In this document: one piece after another, positions 61,790 to 64,000 of the stretch
How positions within the stretch are numbered: position 1 is the stretch's first letter
Layout of the letters: each line of letters begins with the position of its first letter
Source of the DNA: Chrysomallon squamiferum
Lineage: Eukaryota; Animalia; Mollusca
Assembly: GCA_012295275.1 (NCBI GenBank)
Contig: CM022668.1
Span: 6,138,001-6,202,000, forward strand
DNA length: 64,000 nt
Direction: 5' to 3'
The notes under the pieces: generated by a model
What the model was told of the DNA's origin: nothing
Seen by the model: the letters and a program-made list of their open reading frames with translations, nothing else
The model's database searches: none
Translations under genes and position numbers: made by a program

Positions 61790-63589
61790 GGCATTTAACA
61801 CTTGACACTTCAATTTTAATGTATTCTTTAGAAACGTGAAATTTTGAAACGATTTTCTGAAAATGTCTCTGGAGTTTACCCTCTCGAAACAAATGTGATG
61901 ACGAACACGTCAAGAAAGATGAAGACACGCCATTCACAAAAACAACAACGACAACACAGTATTCAAACTACATTTTAATTAAATTTTAACCCGCTAAATA
62001 ATCCTGCATTTCTTTTATTAATTATAAAACATGAAATACGACTGAAGATCTTTGAGGCGAAACATTTCAAGTGAAGCGTGTATTTCACGTACTACTACTA
62101 ATGTTTCTTGTTGTCTTTGTTCAAGTTCTCAACTTGCTTAACATTGAAGACATGCATGACGTTAGTGATTAGGTTAACGTTGTCGATTTGCTGGATATTA
62201 TGGACTTGCTTATTTTTGATGACTTGCTGAACGTTCTGTATTTGCTTAACTTGTAAACTGGACAATAATCTGGACTGATTTTAGAAATTGGGTAATTTCG
62301 AAGGGTGCATCTTATTAAGCATGACTCTTTGTATAATTACATGTGTCCATCAGATATCTAGAATTTTCTAATACATCGATTCATCTGACCATCCATCCAT
62401 CCATTCACAGATTCATGCATCCTTCCGCTTATCTGTTCATTGTCCGTCAGTTAGTTCTTCCATAAGTAAATGTATATGTCTGTTAGTATCTATAAATATA
62501 TGCATATGCCTAGTTCTAACTCTGTCTGTTTGTCTGTTTGTGCATTTGTGAATGATAACGATAATCGATATTATATAAAAGATGTCAGTACGACTGTACC
62601 ATTTATCTGTCTGTCTATATGTCAGTTTCTCGTGTCTGTTTCTTTGTGCATTTGTGATTGATAACGATAATCGATACAATATGAAAGATGTCAGTACGAC
62701 TGTAGCATTTACCTGGTTGTTTTTCTGTTTGTCTACATGTCTGTATAATCTTTGTATCCGTCTGTTTGTGAGTTTTACTGTCTGTCTGTCTGTCTGTCGG
62801 TCTGTCTGAGTATCAGTCAGTATATCTTTCTATAAATGAACTCTTCTCAGTTATCGATAGAAACACTGAGTTATTTCATTTAGAAATAATCGATTATAGC
62901 AAATAATAAAATTAATCGAGGAAACTGGATTTTACCTGCAAAAAGTTTATTTTCGTATCGTTCTGAAGAAAACAGTGGAAAATAATTTTTTTTTTTTTTT
63001 TCACATTTATAATTTAAACACAGTATTTAACACAGTCAGTACTTTTATATGCAATGGATTAATTAAAGATAAAAATATAATTAATAATCAATATAGGTGT
63101 TTTAACAACTATATAGTTAAACAGCATCGGGGTTCTTCGGCGCATTAAATGAAAATATAATGATTCTAAGGTTAAAGGCCCTTACACACTAGACAATTCT
63201 ACAAGTTAAAGTTATGTATGGATAAGAGTGGCGGGCTCTGAAATCGCTTCTTGGAACAAGTCTTCAGAATCTTACGTCGAAGACACGGCTCCTGAAACCT
63301 TCATTTCTTGTTACAGCTTTACATTACGAAAATGTATTCTATTGTGAATTGATTTAAGATAAGTAATTAAATAAATAATTAAAGAAAGTAAGTAAAAATT
63401 TATTTATAAATAAATAAATAAATAAATAAAAAAATAAATAAATAAATAAATAAATAAAGGAAAAGTAAAGAAAAATACGAGAAAACAAAAGAAATAACGT
63501 CACAAACAAACAAACAAACAAACCAATACACAAATAAACAAAAAAGTATAGAAAAACAAGAGAAAAATCATTTCAAACAAATAAACAGA

Positions 63590-63633
<44 letters not shown>

Positions 63634-63705
63634 GACTTTGCGATTGTCGTTTGTTGTTGTTTGTTGTTGTTGTTGTTGTTGTTCTTCTTCTTCTTCTTCT
63701 TCTTC

Positions 63706-63745
<40 letters not shown>

Positions 63746-64000
63746 ATTATTATTATTATTATTTCTTTATTATTATTACTAAAGTTATTATTGTTGCTGT
63801 TGTTTTTGCAGATTTCCGATGTATATTTTATAGGTCATCTATTCAAGCATAATATTACGTTCTTGTTTTCTTTCGATAAACGTCTGAATATATCAACTTT
63901 GAATAGATTCAGTATGTTGTGTTGTTATTTCAGTTTTCTTTATTTTGCAAATGATTTTCTCTCCTCCACTGATCTGTGAACCACAAATATATTTACTTCT
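61790..64000 (+). repeat. Inverted copy of the upstream region of the F3/F8-type genes (~33590-35380 and ~12460-15450)
   Basis: cttacgtcgaagacacggctcctgaaacc (63271) is the reverse complement of the 13070/14275 motif; gataaacgtctgaatatatc (63875) is the reverse complement of ~12560-12580 and ~33700-33722. Confidence 0.88.

Overview
This is AT-rich, microsatellite-dense eukaryotic DNA with spliceosomal introns; it looks like an invertebrate, probably a lophotrochozoan or mollusc (inference only). Most of the window (1 to ~55.5 kb) is a tandem and inverted cluster of at least 12 copies or remnants (F1-F12) of one six-coding-exon gene. The gene encodes a ~355-aa secreted protein: signal peptide + PAN/Apple-like domain + 4-Cys FOLN/EGF-like module + fibrinogen-related domain (FReD). 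Coding exon sizes are 276/130/140/97/165/~260 nt with intron phases 0,1,0,1,1. F3, F6 and F9 have complete reading frames. F1 is cut by the window edge and F11 by a 200-N gap; the rest are broken by deletions, splice lesions or a frameshift. A ~18-kb segment is duplicated (~9.8-27.5 kb vs ~30.8-49.3 kb) with reciprocal gene deletions. Exon 5 is almost invariant, while exon 6 varies mainly at the predicted ligand/Ca2+ loops and copies look mosaic. This suggests a diversifying innate-immune lectin repertoire. An innexin with one long coding exon lies at 59.7-61.0 kb, and cluster-type upstream sequence resumes after it. All alignments were made by eye; no searches were run.
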